64,000 bases of DNA from Acidobacteriota bacterium (GTDB lineage: Bacteria > Acidobacteriota > UBA6911), in assembly GCA_963664705.1 (NCBI GenBank), contig OY761556.1, positions 2,048,001 to 2,112,000 of the forward strand, read 5' to 3'. Below are positions 9,945-18,884 of this stretch, piece by piece; positions within the stretch are counted from its first letter, which is position 1; each line of letters begins with the position of its first letter. The notes beneath the pieces are model-generated. The model ran no database searches, had not been told where the DNA came from, and saw only the letters and a list, made by a program, of their open reading frames with translations. The position numbers and the translations under genes were made by a program.

Positions 9945-11654
9945 ATGCCGGTTGCGAACATGGTCAACAGCGGTCTGAAAATTAACGCCACCCTCCTTCA
10001 CACGATCATCCTCGCGCTGATCTGCCTCCCCTATTGCATAAATCTGGGGAAATCATCCATTTGGGATGCAAACGAGGCTTTTTATGCAGAAACGCCGCGG
10101 GAAATGATGGTTCGAGGTGACTACCTGGCGCCTCATTTCAACTTTCAGCCCCGCACGCAAAAGCCTCCCCTGACCTACTGGATTGTCCTTGCTTCTTATA
10201 AGCTATTTGGCGTCGACGAATTTGCGGTTCGCTTCCCCAGCGCCCTGGCAGCAATCGGCACGATATTGTTTTCCTACGGAATGGCAGCCATTCTGTTCGG
10301 ACGACGTGCTGCCCTGTTTGCGGCAGTCATTACCGGGATAACGGCGCGCATCTTTATACTGGCGCGCCGCCTTCCCATCGATATTCTGCTCGTCTTCTTT
10401 CTGACGGGAGCGCTCTTTTTTCTCATTCGCGCCATTCAAAGATCCGACAGGCGCAGCTGGATTTTCTTTTACATATTTGTCAGCCTGGGCTTTCTTACAA
10501 AAGGTCCCATCGCTATCTTCCTTCCTGTCGGCACCTATATTCTCTGGAGTCTGTGGGCAGGCAAGGAAAAGCATCCCATCCGGTCATTCTGGCAAGCGCT
10601 CTTGGATACGCGTCCTGTGCTGGGAGCACTTCTCTTCGCCGGTATTGTTCTGCCCTGGTACGTGCTTATCTACAGAGCTCACGGCTGGCTGTATATTTCA
10701 CCGTTTTTTCTTCGCGACAATTTCGGCCGTTTCGCGGCTGAATCTTTGGGCCCCTCCCGGAGCGTGCTTTATTATTTTTCCATTTTCGCAACGGACTTCT
10801 TCCCGTGGTCTCTTCTGGGATTGCCCGCTGTTTACTACCTGTGGATTCATCGCAAAGAGCGCCTTTTAAAAAACACGGCCTTCGGCCTGCCCGCTCTGTG
10901 GTGCCTTCTGATATTTGCGTTCTTCTCGCTCTCCAGAAATAAGCAGGAATATTACATCGCGCCAATGTATCCGGGCGCAGCCCTGCTTCTTTCAGGCATC
11001 CTTGACAGAATAGCCGGCAAATCGGCCTTCCGCGAAGAGCTTAAGGGCTGCGCATTTTGGAACTGGATTTATGGAACGCTGGCGATTCTTCTCCTGTTGC
11101 TTGCCTCCTTCATGCCGTATATTCTCAGCTTCTTTATGCCCGGCATCACACCCGTGCTAGACTATGGCCCGTCGATTGTTTTACTGGCAGGGGCCTTATC
11201 GTGCCTGTGGAGCGTGCTGCGCGGCAAACAAATGGGTTCTTTTTTTGCGGTGGCGTCGTCGCTGTGGGCTATTTACCTGACTTGCGCGCTTGTGTATTTA
11301 CCCGCTTTGGAAACGTCGCGTCCGGTAAAGGATTTTTGCAGAACGATTGAATCCAGATTTCAATCGAACGACGAGGCCGGATATTTCGGTACAGCGCTTC
11401 CCAGCATGGCGTATTATCTTCGCCGGCCTATTTTCGAGGAAAGCAGTTCGGAGCAGATGATGCAGAAATTTCAATCAGGAAAGCGGATTTTCTGCGTATT
11501 GAGTCAAAAGGACTTTGCCTCTTTCTCCGACAATAAGGACCTTCATTTACATATACTCGACCGACATGCCAGGTTCTCAGTACATCTTAATACTGTTTTA
11601 AACGCCGGACATCACACGGGGAATGAGCTGCTGCTCGTTTCGAATCGGCCTTAG
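9945..11654 (+). CDS. GT-C glycosyltransferase, ArnT/PMT (GT83/GT39)-like
   Basis: DANEAFYAETPREM, KPPLTYW, LTKGP motifs; many TM helices. Confidence 0.88.
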   Translation: MPVANMVNSGLKINATLLHTIILALICLPYCINLGKSSIWDANEAFYAETPREMMVRGDYLAPHFNFQPRTQKPPLTYWIVLASYKLFGVDEFAVRFPSALAAIGTILFSYGMAAILFGRRAALFAAVITGITARIFILARRLPIDILLVFFLTGALFFLIRAIQRSDRRSWIFFYIFVSLGFLTKGPIAIFLPVGTYILWSLWAGKEKHPIRSFWQALLDTRPVLGALLFAGIVLPWYVLIYRAHGWLYISPFFLRDNFGRFAAESLGPSRSVLYYFSIFATDFFPWSLLGLPAVYYLWIHRKERLLKNTAFGLPALWCLLIFAFFSLSRNKQEYYIAPMYPGAALLLSGILDRIAGKSAFREELKGCAFWNWIYGTLAILLLLLASFMPYILSFFMPGITPVLDYGPSIVLLAGALSCLWSVLRGKQMGSFFAVASSLWAIYLTCALVYLPALETSRPVKDFCRTIESRFQSNDEAGYFGTALPSMAYYLRRPIFEESSSEQMMQKFQSGKRIFCVLSQKDFASFSDNKDLHLHILDRHARFSVHLNTVLNAGHHTGNELLLVSNRP

Positions 11655-11688
11655 CTGGCACTGGGCTTGGCAGGAGCAGCCCGAAGAT

Positions 11689-12669
11689 ATGAAAACTAAA
11701 CTTTTCGCAATTTTAAAGATCGCCGTAACAGCATTGCTGTTTGTTTTTATTTTTCGCAAAATCGATTTTCACCAGTTCGGGGAAACCCTTCGTAATGCGC
11801 GGCTGGACATCCTTGCCCTTGCATTTATTGTCCTCTGGGCCGGCCACTATATCTGCATTTATCGCTGGCGCATGCTCATGCGTCCTCTGATGCCGGTTCT
11901 TTCTCTTGCCCAGTTATTTGGGATTTACTGTATCGGATTGTTCTTCAATCTGACGTTTCCCACCGTCGTAGGCGGAGATGTAGTCAAGATGTATTATGCC
12001 GGCAAGCCTTCGAAGTCTTATGCGGAGAGTTTTGCGTCCACGTTTCTCGACCGTGATGCCGGCATGCTGGCTATGATGATTATTGCCTGCTACGCCATCC
12101 TCGTGCACCCTGTCCATGTGCCCAAGGTTCCGGTTCCTTTCATTGTATGGAGCGGATTCGTGGCCTTTGTTGCGGTCAATGTGGGTATATTTTCTCCCTA
12201 TTTTCATCAGATACTTACAGGCTTGCTGAACCGTCTGCACCTGGGCAAAATCGCCGCAAAAGTGGACACCATTTCAAACGCATTCCGCATCATGGGCAAG
12301 CACAAATCGGTTCTCGTTCTGTCGCTTGTTATCTCATTCATCAATCAACTGCTGGTCATCGCGGTGACCTGGATTCTGGCGCTCGGGCTGCGCATTCAAA
12401 TCTCGTGGGTGCATTGTCTGATCTTTATTCCGGTAGTTACACTCATATCGATGATTCCGATCAGCCTCAACGGCATGGGCCTCCGCGAATATGCATTTAT
12501 GAGCCTCTTCGGCGCGGTTGGAATTCCTGCCTCATCCTGTATCGCGCTGGGACTACTGACATCTCTCTTCATCATCCTGTCTTCTATTCCGGGCGGCATC
12601 GTGTATATCTTTTTCCGGAACCGGTCAGACATGCAGCAGTTGGCTGAAATGGAAACCGAATTCTCATGA
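11689..12669 (+). CDS. Lysylphosphatidylglycerol synthase TM-domain (flippase-like) membrane protein
   Basis: RW..L, FFNLTFPTVVGGDVVK, PISLNGMGLRE motifs; ATG at 11689. Confidence 0.85.
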   Translation: MKTKLFAILKIAVTALLFVFIFRKIDFHQFGETLRNARLDILALAFIVLWAGHYICIYRWRMLMRPLMPVLSLAQLFGIYCIGLFFNLTFPTVVGGDVVKMYYAGKPSKSYAESFASTFLDRDAGMLAMMIIACYAILVHPVHVPKVPVPFIVWSGFVAFVAVNVGIFSPYFHQILTGLLNRLHLGKIAAKVDTISNAFRIMGKHKSVLVLSLVISFINQLLVIAVTWILALGLRIQISWVHCLIFIPVVTLISMIPISLNGMGLREYAFMSLFGAVGIPASSCIALGLLTSLFIILSSIPGGIVYIFFRNRSDMQQLAEMETEFS

Positions 12670-13643
12670 GCGAACTTGTTTCCATCATTGTCCCTGTCTA
12701 TAACGAACGCGAGAACCTTGAACCGCTGGTCCGCTCGCTCACCCGTGTTCTGGACCAGACCGGCGAGGACTATGAAATTCTTTTTGTCGACGATGGGAGT
12801 AGCGACGGCAGCGCGGACTACCTGGACACTTTGCCCACGGTGAACCCTCGGATCAAAATAATCCACTTTCGCAGGAATTTCGGGCAGACAGCCGCCATGT
12901 CCGCGGGATTCGATCATGCACGGGGATCCATCCTCATTCCAACCGATGCCGACCTGCAGAATGATCCAGAGGACATTCCAGCGATCCTGGCAAAATTGCG
13001 CGAGGGCTATGATGTTGTCAGTTGCTGGCGCCAAAAAAGACAAGATAAATGGCTTACCCGCCGTCTTCCATCCCAAATAGCCAATGCCCTGATATCCAGG
13101 ATCGGTGGCGTTCCTTTGCATGATTACGGCTGCACTCTGAAGGGTTATCGCCGTGAAGTGGTGGAGCATATCCGCCTATACGGCGAAATGCATCGGTTTA
13201 TCCCGATTTATGCCTCGTGGGCAGGAGCCCGGGTCACCGAAATCCCCGTGCGTCATCATCCACGCACGGCCGGCGCAAGCAAATACGGCCTCAGCCGTAC
13301 CTACAAGGTCGTCCTGGATCTTCTGACCGTGAGAATGCTTGGACGCTATTCGACAAAACCCATGTATTTTTTCGGGGGAGTCGGTCTCATCTCCTGCGCT
13401 GCGGGCTTTCTATGCGCCCTTTTGACCCTGGGTGATAAGTATCTCAACGGTGTGAAGGCACACAACAATCCGCTTCTGCTGCTGGCCGTGTTTCTCTTTC
13501 TACTGGGAGTCCAATTCATCCTGATGGGATTGGTGGCGGAGTTGGTCATCCGCACCTACTTTGAATCTCAGGGAAAGACTCCTTACATCGTGCGCCGCCT
13601 GAACGGCACTTTCGCACGCGAGGATATGTCCGCCAAGCAGTGA
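12666..13643 (+). CDS. GT2 polyprenol-phosphate glycosyltransferase (ArnC/GtrB-like)
   Basis: PVYNE, VDDGSSD, RNFGQTAA, DADLQNDP, GEMHRFIP, two C-terminal TM helices. Confidence 0.92.
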   Translation: MSELVSIIVPVYNERENLEPLVRSLTRVLDQTGEDYEILFVDDGSSDGSADYLDTLPTVNPRIKIIHFRRNFGQTAAMSAGFDHARGSILIPTDADLQNDPEDIPAILAKLREGYDVVSCWRQKRQDKWLTRRLPSQIANALISRIGGVPLHDYGCTLKGYRREVVEHIRLYGEMHRFIPIYASWAGARVTEIPVRHHPRTAGASKYGLSRTYKVVLDLLTVRMLGRYSTKPMYFFGGVGLISCAAGFLCALLTLGDKYLNGVKAHNNPLLLLAVFLFLLGVQFILMGLVAELVIRTYFESQGKTPYIVRRLNGTFAREDMSAKQ

Positions 13644-13753
13644 ACATGGGAGTACAATAAATTTGTGGGTTTGAGAGTACGATCGTTGCAAAATACAAGC
13701 TATAAACTTGGGCAGGTCGACTAAAGCACCTGCAAGCAGATTGGGAGACTCCA

Positions 13754-14527
13754 TTGTTTTCAGAACAGTTTGGGTTTCGGCAGCATGCGCTCGTTAACTT
13801 CGTGGGGGGTGGAGGAAAAACCGCTTTAATTCATAAGCTGATGGAGGAGTATTGTTCCTGCGGGCCCGTGCTTTGCACGACCACTACCAGGATCCATCCG
13901 CCCGATCCCAGCGAAGGCCTGGTTGTGATCTCCAGCGATAATCTTCAGCTGCTCACCACAATGGTGGACAAGGTCAGCCGGAACTGCACGAGTCGTTCGT
14001 ACAAGCTCGTGGTTACCCGGCACTTTATGACTCCGAATTTATTGAGGGGTGTTCCGCCCGACTTCGACAACTCTCTTTCCCGAGATCTGTTTCCCATCCT
14101 TTTGAATGAGGCCGACGGAGCCGCAAGTTTTTCCATCAAGATTCCACGCGAAGGCGAGCCGGTTTTGATGGAGAATGCGCAGTACCTCGTGCCCGTAATC
14201 GGAATCGACTGCCTCTACCAGCCGCTCGGTCCGGAAGTCGTCTTCAGATTCCAGTCCCCCATGGCGGAACAACTCTCGCTGCAACCGGGCGAACGGATTA
14301 CTCCGGATGTTGCGGCGCGCATCCTTATGCACCCAGAGGGCGTCTGCAAATACTGGAAACCCGGAATGACCATCATTCCTTTCATTAACAAGGTGGATGG
14401 TCCAGCGCAGGATTCCTCCGCACATGATCTTGCCGCCTCCATACTTAAGAACGGAAATTTCCCCGTTCAGCGCGTTGTATACGGCAGCGTGCTCCAGGGA
14501 AGAGTCGATTCCTTTTCGCCCGCATAG
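13754..14527 (+). CDS. yqeC: Selenium-dependent hydroxylase accessory protein YqeC-like
   Basis: VGGGGKT, TTTTRI, EADGA...IKIP..GEP, VIGIDCL, FINKVD motifs. Confidence 0.8.
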   Translation: MFSEQFGFRQHALVNFVGGGGKTALIHKLMEEYCSCGPVLCTTTTRIHPPDPSEGLVVISSDNLQLLTTMVDKVSRNCTSRSYKLVVTRHFMTPNLLRGVPPDFDNSLSRDLFPILLNEADGAASFSIKIPREGEPVLMENAQYLVPVIGIDCLYQPLGPEVVFRFQSPMAEQLSLQPGERITPDVAARILMHPEGVCKYWKPGMTIIPFINKVDGPAQDSSAHDLAASILKNGNFPVQRVVYGSVLQGRVDSFSPA

Positions 14528-14532
14528 CGCTG

Positions 14533-15348
14533 ATGACCATTCAACAGCTGACCAGCAAGGACAACCCGCTTCTTAAAGACATCCGCCTGGTTTCGTCCGG
14601 AATGCGGCGGGCGCCCAAAGAACTGGTCATTGCGGAAGGATTGCGCGTTCTCGAAGAAGTTGAACAATCCCCTTTTACGATCGAGGCGGTGGTTTTTTCG
14701 GATGATTTCGGGTCAGCGCCGCGCGAAAAGAACTTGCTCGATCGATTTCAATCAAAGCTATCGCGACTCTATTGCGTCAGTAGTGTTCTCTTTCAAACCA
14801 TATCCACCGTGCAAACTCCGCAGGGGATCCTCGCGCTGGTGCGTGTCCCGGCTCTGTCTATATCGTCCGCCCCGAAATCAAGGAATCCGCTGCTCATCTG
14901 CGCCTGCGGTCTTCAGGACCCGGGAAACCTCGGGACACTCATCCGCACAGCCGCAGCCGCGGATGCCAATATGTTTTGTACCACCAAAGGCACCGTTTCC
15001 GCGCGCAACCCGAAAACCATTCGTTCCAGCGCCGGATCTTTTTTCCGAATTCCGATTCTCGAGCAGGTTGACATCCGCGAATTCCAGCAATACTGCATCG
15101 GTCACTCCATTCGCCTGTTTCGCACCGACGCACAGGAGGGCGTAATCTATACGGAGGCGGATTTGAAGTCTCCCTGTGCCGTTCTTTTGGGCAACGAGGG
15201 AAGCGGATTTGCGGAACAACCGATCTCCGAACTGCCGGCGATCCGAATTCCTATCGCAAAGGGTGCCGAATCCCTGAATGTAGCCACTGCTGGAGCTGTC
15301 ATTCTTTTCGAAGCCCGCAGGCAGCACGGGTGGACTGAAGACCTATGA
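14533..15348 (+). CDS. TrmH/SpoU-family RNA methyltransferase
   Basis: QTPQGI, QDPGNLGTLIRTA, LGNEGSG, ESLNVATAG. Confidence 0.93.
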   Translation: MTIQQLTSKDNPLLKDIRLVSSGMRRAPKELVIAEGLRVLEEVEQSPFTIEAVVFSDDFGSAPREKNLLDRFQSKLSRLYCVSSVLFQTISTVQTPQGILALVRVPALSISSAPKSRNPLLICACGLQDPGNLGTLIRTAAAADANMFCTTKGTVSARNPKTIRSSAGSFFRIPILEQVDIREFQQYCIGHSIRLFRTDAQEGVIYTEADLKSPCAVLLGNEGSGFAEQPISELPAIRIPIAKGAESLNVATAGAVILFEARRQHGWTEDL

Positions 15349-16682
15349 ACAAATCGCTTTTCCCTGAATCGGATGAGCCGTCCGTAACGCCCGATGCCCC
15401 GCTGGCAGAGCGTCTTCGCCCGAGAACACTCGATGAGATCGTTGGCCAGCAACATCTGATCGGAGAAGGAAAGGTTCTGCGTGCGATGGTGGAGCAGAAC
15501 CAGTTGACATCGATCATTCTTTGGGGACCTCCAGGCACCGGCAAAACCACGCTCGCCCGCATCATGGCAAAGCAGACACACTCTCCGTTTGTTTTCTACA
15601 GCGCAGTGCTTTCGGGCATTAAAGAGATCAAGACCGTTATGGCGGAGGCGGAATCCCACTCACGCAGAAATCTGGGAAGAACCGTTGTGTTTGTCGATGA
15701 AATTCATCGCTTCAACAAAGCTCAGCAGGATGCATTTTTGCCTTATGTGGAATCAGGCGTCATCCTATTGATCGGTGCCACGACCGAAAACCCATCCTTC
15801 GAAGTAATCAGCCCGCTGCTCTCCCGGTGCAAGGTTTACGTGCTCAACCCGCTTCAGCCCTCGGAAATTGTTGAAATATTGAAGCGTGCCCTTACCGACG
15901 AAGCGCGCGGCCTTGGCAGTGTTTCGATCTCCGTATCCGACGAAGTGCTGCAACAGCTCGCCATCTTTGCCAATGGAGACGCTCGCATTGCCCTGAACAT
16001 ATTTGAGCTGGCCATTTCACTGAAGAGCGGGAAAAAGTCGGGAGAAGCGCTGGTATTGAATACGGCCGATCTGGAATCCGCACTCCAGCGGAAGATCCTG
16101 CAATACGATAAATCCGGCGAGGAGCATTACAACCTTATCTCCGCCCTTCACAAATCCATGCGCAACAGTGATGCCAATGCCGCCCTATATTGGCTCGGAC
16201 GAATGCTGGAGGCCGGCGAGGATCCGGTGTATATCGCCCGCCGCATGGTTCGCTTTGCCTCTGAAGATGTCGGATTGGCCGATGTCCGTGCTCTGAGCGT
16301 TGCCTTGGACGCCACGGAAGCGGTACGGCTGATAGGCCTTCCGGAATGCAAACTGGCGCTGGCGCAGGCTGCTGTTTATCTATCGGTGGCACCCAAGTCG
16401 AATGCTCTGTATACCGCCTATTCGAGCGTGGCTTCTGACGTACAAAGGACTTTTAATGAACCTCCGCCTTTACAAATCCGCAATGCGCCCACTAAGCTCA
16501 TGGAAGAATTGGGCTATGGCAAGGGCTATCAGTATGCCCATGACCTAAAAGAAAAAGTGGCGGACATGGAGTGTCTGCCCGATTCTCTTCGCGGCCGGCA
16601 GTACTACCATCCCTCAGACCAAGGAATGGAACGGCGCATCCGGGAAATCCTCGCCGAAATCAAGCAGCGCAAAAGCCATTAA
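15345..16682 (+). CDS. rarA: Replication-associated recombination protein A
   Basis: PLAERLRP, WGPPGTGKTT, DEIHRFNKAQQD, GATTENPSF, ISALHKSMR. Confidence 0.96.
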   Translation: MNKSLFPESDEPSVTPDAPLAERLRPRTLDEIVGQQHLIGEGKVLRAMVEQNQLTSIILWGPPGTGKTTLARIMAKQTHSPFVFYSAVLSGIKEIKTVMAEAESHSRRNLGRTVVFVDEIHRFNKAQQDAFLPYVESGVILLIGATTENPSFEVISPLLSRCKVYVLNPLQPSEIVEILKRALTDEARGLGSVSISVSDEVLQQLAIFANGDARIALNIFELAISLKSGKKSGEALVLNTADLESALQRKILQYDKSGEEHYNLISALHKSMRNSDANAALYWLGRMLEAGEDPVYIARRMVRFASEDVGLADVRALSVALDATEAVRLIGLPECKLALAQAAVYLSVAPKSNALYTAYSSVASDVQRTFNEPPPLQIRNAPTKLMEELGYGKGYQYAHDLKEKVADMECLPDSLRGRQYYHPSDQGMERRIREILAEIKQRKSH

Positions 16683-16707
16683 CGCCAAGGGGAATCCCGC
16701 CGTGACA

Positions 16708-16853
16708 CCTAATGCCTCATACTATTTGTCGAGGGCGAGGCCCTTCGGATTGCGGTGGCTTGCCCCCGCCTTCGGCTACTGTAATTATCAAAGGCGTCAG
16801 TAAGCTGCCGGACTCCATGGCGAGCCTCTTCGCAAATGATATACGGCATTGGG
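16708..16853. repeat. Palindromic MITE/REP-like element, complete copy with imperfect terminal inverted repeats
   Basis: Left end CCTAATGCCTCATACTATTTG is an imperfect reverse complement of right end CAAATGATATACGGCATTGGG; related copies at 18835 and 30029. Confidence 0.75.
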
Positions 16854-16923
16854 CGGGACGCGTCCTCATTGTCGGTACACGGTTTTTTGACATTTGCTTG
16901 TTGTAAATGCGACTGGAAGGTGG

Positions 16924-16937
16924 TTGATATAAATCAA
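16924..16937. promoter_or_regulatory. FNR-type binding site
   Basis: Exact TTGAT-ATAA-ATCAA (TTGAT-N4-ATCAA), 24 nt before the ATG at 16962. Confidence 0.6.
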
Positions 16938-16961
16938 ACCATTTGCCCAAGAGAGGAACCA

Positions 16962-18737
16962 ATGAACTGCAAAGCGTTCTTTTTCGCGCCTTTTCTCCTC
17001 CCGTTCCTGTTTGCCGCATCTGCGGCGGCGCAAGATGCAAAAATCACCGCAATGAATCCGAGAGGCATTCTTCCTCTCATACGCAGGATACCGATGGCCC
17101 CGCGGCCAGCAACGCTGGATGGCAAGGTTATTTATCTGGTCGATTCAAGGTATCCGCGCACCCGGGAATTTGTTGAAGAACTGCATAAGGTGCTCCAGGA
17201 ACAATATCCGAAAACCACCTGGGTCCTTAGGGACAAGTTCGGAGGCTATGTCGATGATGATCCAAAGCTGTGGGCCGAAATCAAGGAGAAGGGGCATGGA
17301 ATGATTATGGCCCTTGGCCATTGAAGCACCTGCTCGCCGTCGGTCGTCGGCCATTGTGTGACAGCAGAGAGCTTGGGAATTCCAACAGTGCCAATCATTA
17401 CTCAAAGGTTTCGCGAACTTGTGACCGCCATCGCCTTCAAAAAGGGAATTCCGAGCATGCGGATGGTCTACACACCGCATCCGGTCACAGACCGGCCGGC
17501 GGCGATGTGCCGGAAATACCTGCAGGGCAATGACCCGGTTACAGGCAAGCCGATCCTGCAGGAGATCGTGGAAGGGTTGATGAAACCTGTCTCGAACGAA
17601 GATAAATCGACCGGCTTTCTCCCTCGACCGCCCCGTGTCCGGTTGCTGCCTCCGGACACCGCCGAAAACCTGGACAATTACTTCTATGATAATAACCTGA
17701 CGGACGGGCTTCCGATCGTACTTCCTACGGAAAAGAAGGTAGCTGAGATGCTGAAAGCGACCAGCCGCAAGCCTGACGAGATTGTCGGCAAAATGGCCGC
17801 TTCCACTCCACACGAAGCGTGGGAGTATACCGTTGAAATGGTTGCCGTCAATGCCGTGATGTCGGGAGCAAAGCCGGAATACTTCCCTGCAATTCTCGCC
17901 CTGGCCTCAACCGGTCAGACTGCCTTGGTCAGTTCCACATCCTCCTATGCAAGAATGGCATTGTTCAATGGGCCCATCGTGCAGGAAATGGGCATGAATT
18001 CAGGTGTCGGCGCCATGGGACCTTTTAGCCGAGCCAACGCCACCATCGGCAGGTGCTGGACATTGATGTCCAAGAATATTGGAGGGTCGGGCAAAATCGG
18101 TGAAACCTACATGGGGACTCAAGGGAGCAACCTCAATTATAACAACCTCTGCTTTCCGGAAACCGAAGACGCTTTGCCTCCCGGGTGGAATCCATTTCAC
18201 GTGCAGAAAGGACACAAGCGGTCCGAAAGCGTGGTGAGTGTTTTTGGCGGTTGGAGCCTCAGCGATATCTGCTGGTATACGCCCACGCCCATCTATCAGG
18301 TCATCCGTGGATGGCTGGAGCATTTCTTCTCCACCAGCGTAACCGGAGCCACACTTATCCTGGATCCGATGGTCGCCGCCGATGTAGCCTCCGCCGGGTT
18401 CAAATCCAAGGAGGACTATGCCGATTACCTGATAAGGAATACCGGAACGCCAGCCTGGCTTTATTGGCAAACCCGGCAGGCAGAGCTGGAACAAGCTCGG
18501 AAAGGCGTAGAGCCTTTTGCTACCTATTTGAAGGCTGGCGAAAACGGGGTAATCCCCCTATCGCGTTTTACGGGAAAGCTGGTCTTGGGTGTGCCGGTGA
18601 ATGCATTCGCGTTCGGTACTCTGGCCTCAGACCGCACGCCGATCGAGATCATCGTAACTGGAGGAGGAACCAACACCTATTGGGCTGGCGGCGATTTTAT
18701 GTATTCGGGCAGCGCTTCGATCGACCATTGGAGATAG
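16962..18737 (+). CDS. Exported UGSC-like selenoprotein (Sec at TGA 17322-17324, U121-x-x-C124) fused to a large C-terminal domain, 591 aa
   Basis: Track ORFs 16836..17324 and 17358..18737 are in the same frame, split only by TGA in GH*STCSPSVVGHCVTAESLGIPTV; SECIS-like hairpin follows; GAGGA SD and signal peptide; C-terminal TDGLPIVLPT and RANATIGR motifs. Confidence 0.85.
17336..17351 (+). promoter_or_regulatory. Bacterial SECIS element (putative)
   Basis: GCCG-U-C[GGUC]G-U-CGGC hairpin; G-initiated loop begins 17 nt after the UGA; possible lower stem UGCU/AGCA. Confidence 0.7.
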
Positions 18738-18834
18738 GTGAAGCAACGAGAATGAAACTGTAGCCCGCTTGACCGCCAGCATCTTACGGGCAAGAGCACA
18801 GCTGGCTCTATCGCAGCCGTTGCCGCCGGGACGG

Positions 18835-18883
18835 CTAATGCCGCATACCATTTGTCGAGTACGATGCACTTCGGACGGCGGCG
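18835..18883. repeat. Truncated copy of the MITE/REP-like element
   Basis: CTAATGCCGCATACCATTTGTCGAGTACGATGCACTTCGGA aligns without gaps to 16709 onward. Confidence 0.7.
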
Positions 18884-18884
18884 C

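Noticed and set aside
17322-17324. Treating the TGA as a nonsense mutation (pseudogene) or as two separate genes
   Set aside because: The UxxC context, SECIS-like hairpin, intact frame and lack of an SD for the second ORF fit Sec better. Many other genes here end in TGA, so the genetic code is not reassigned.
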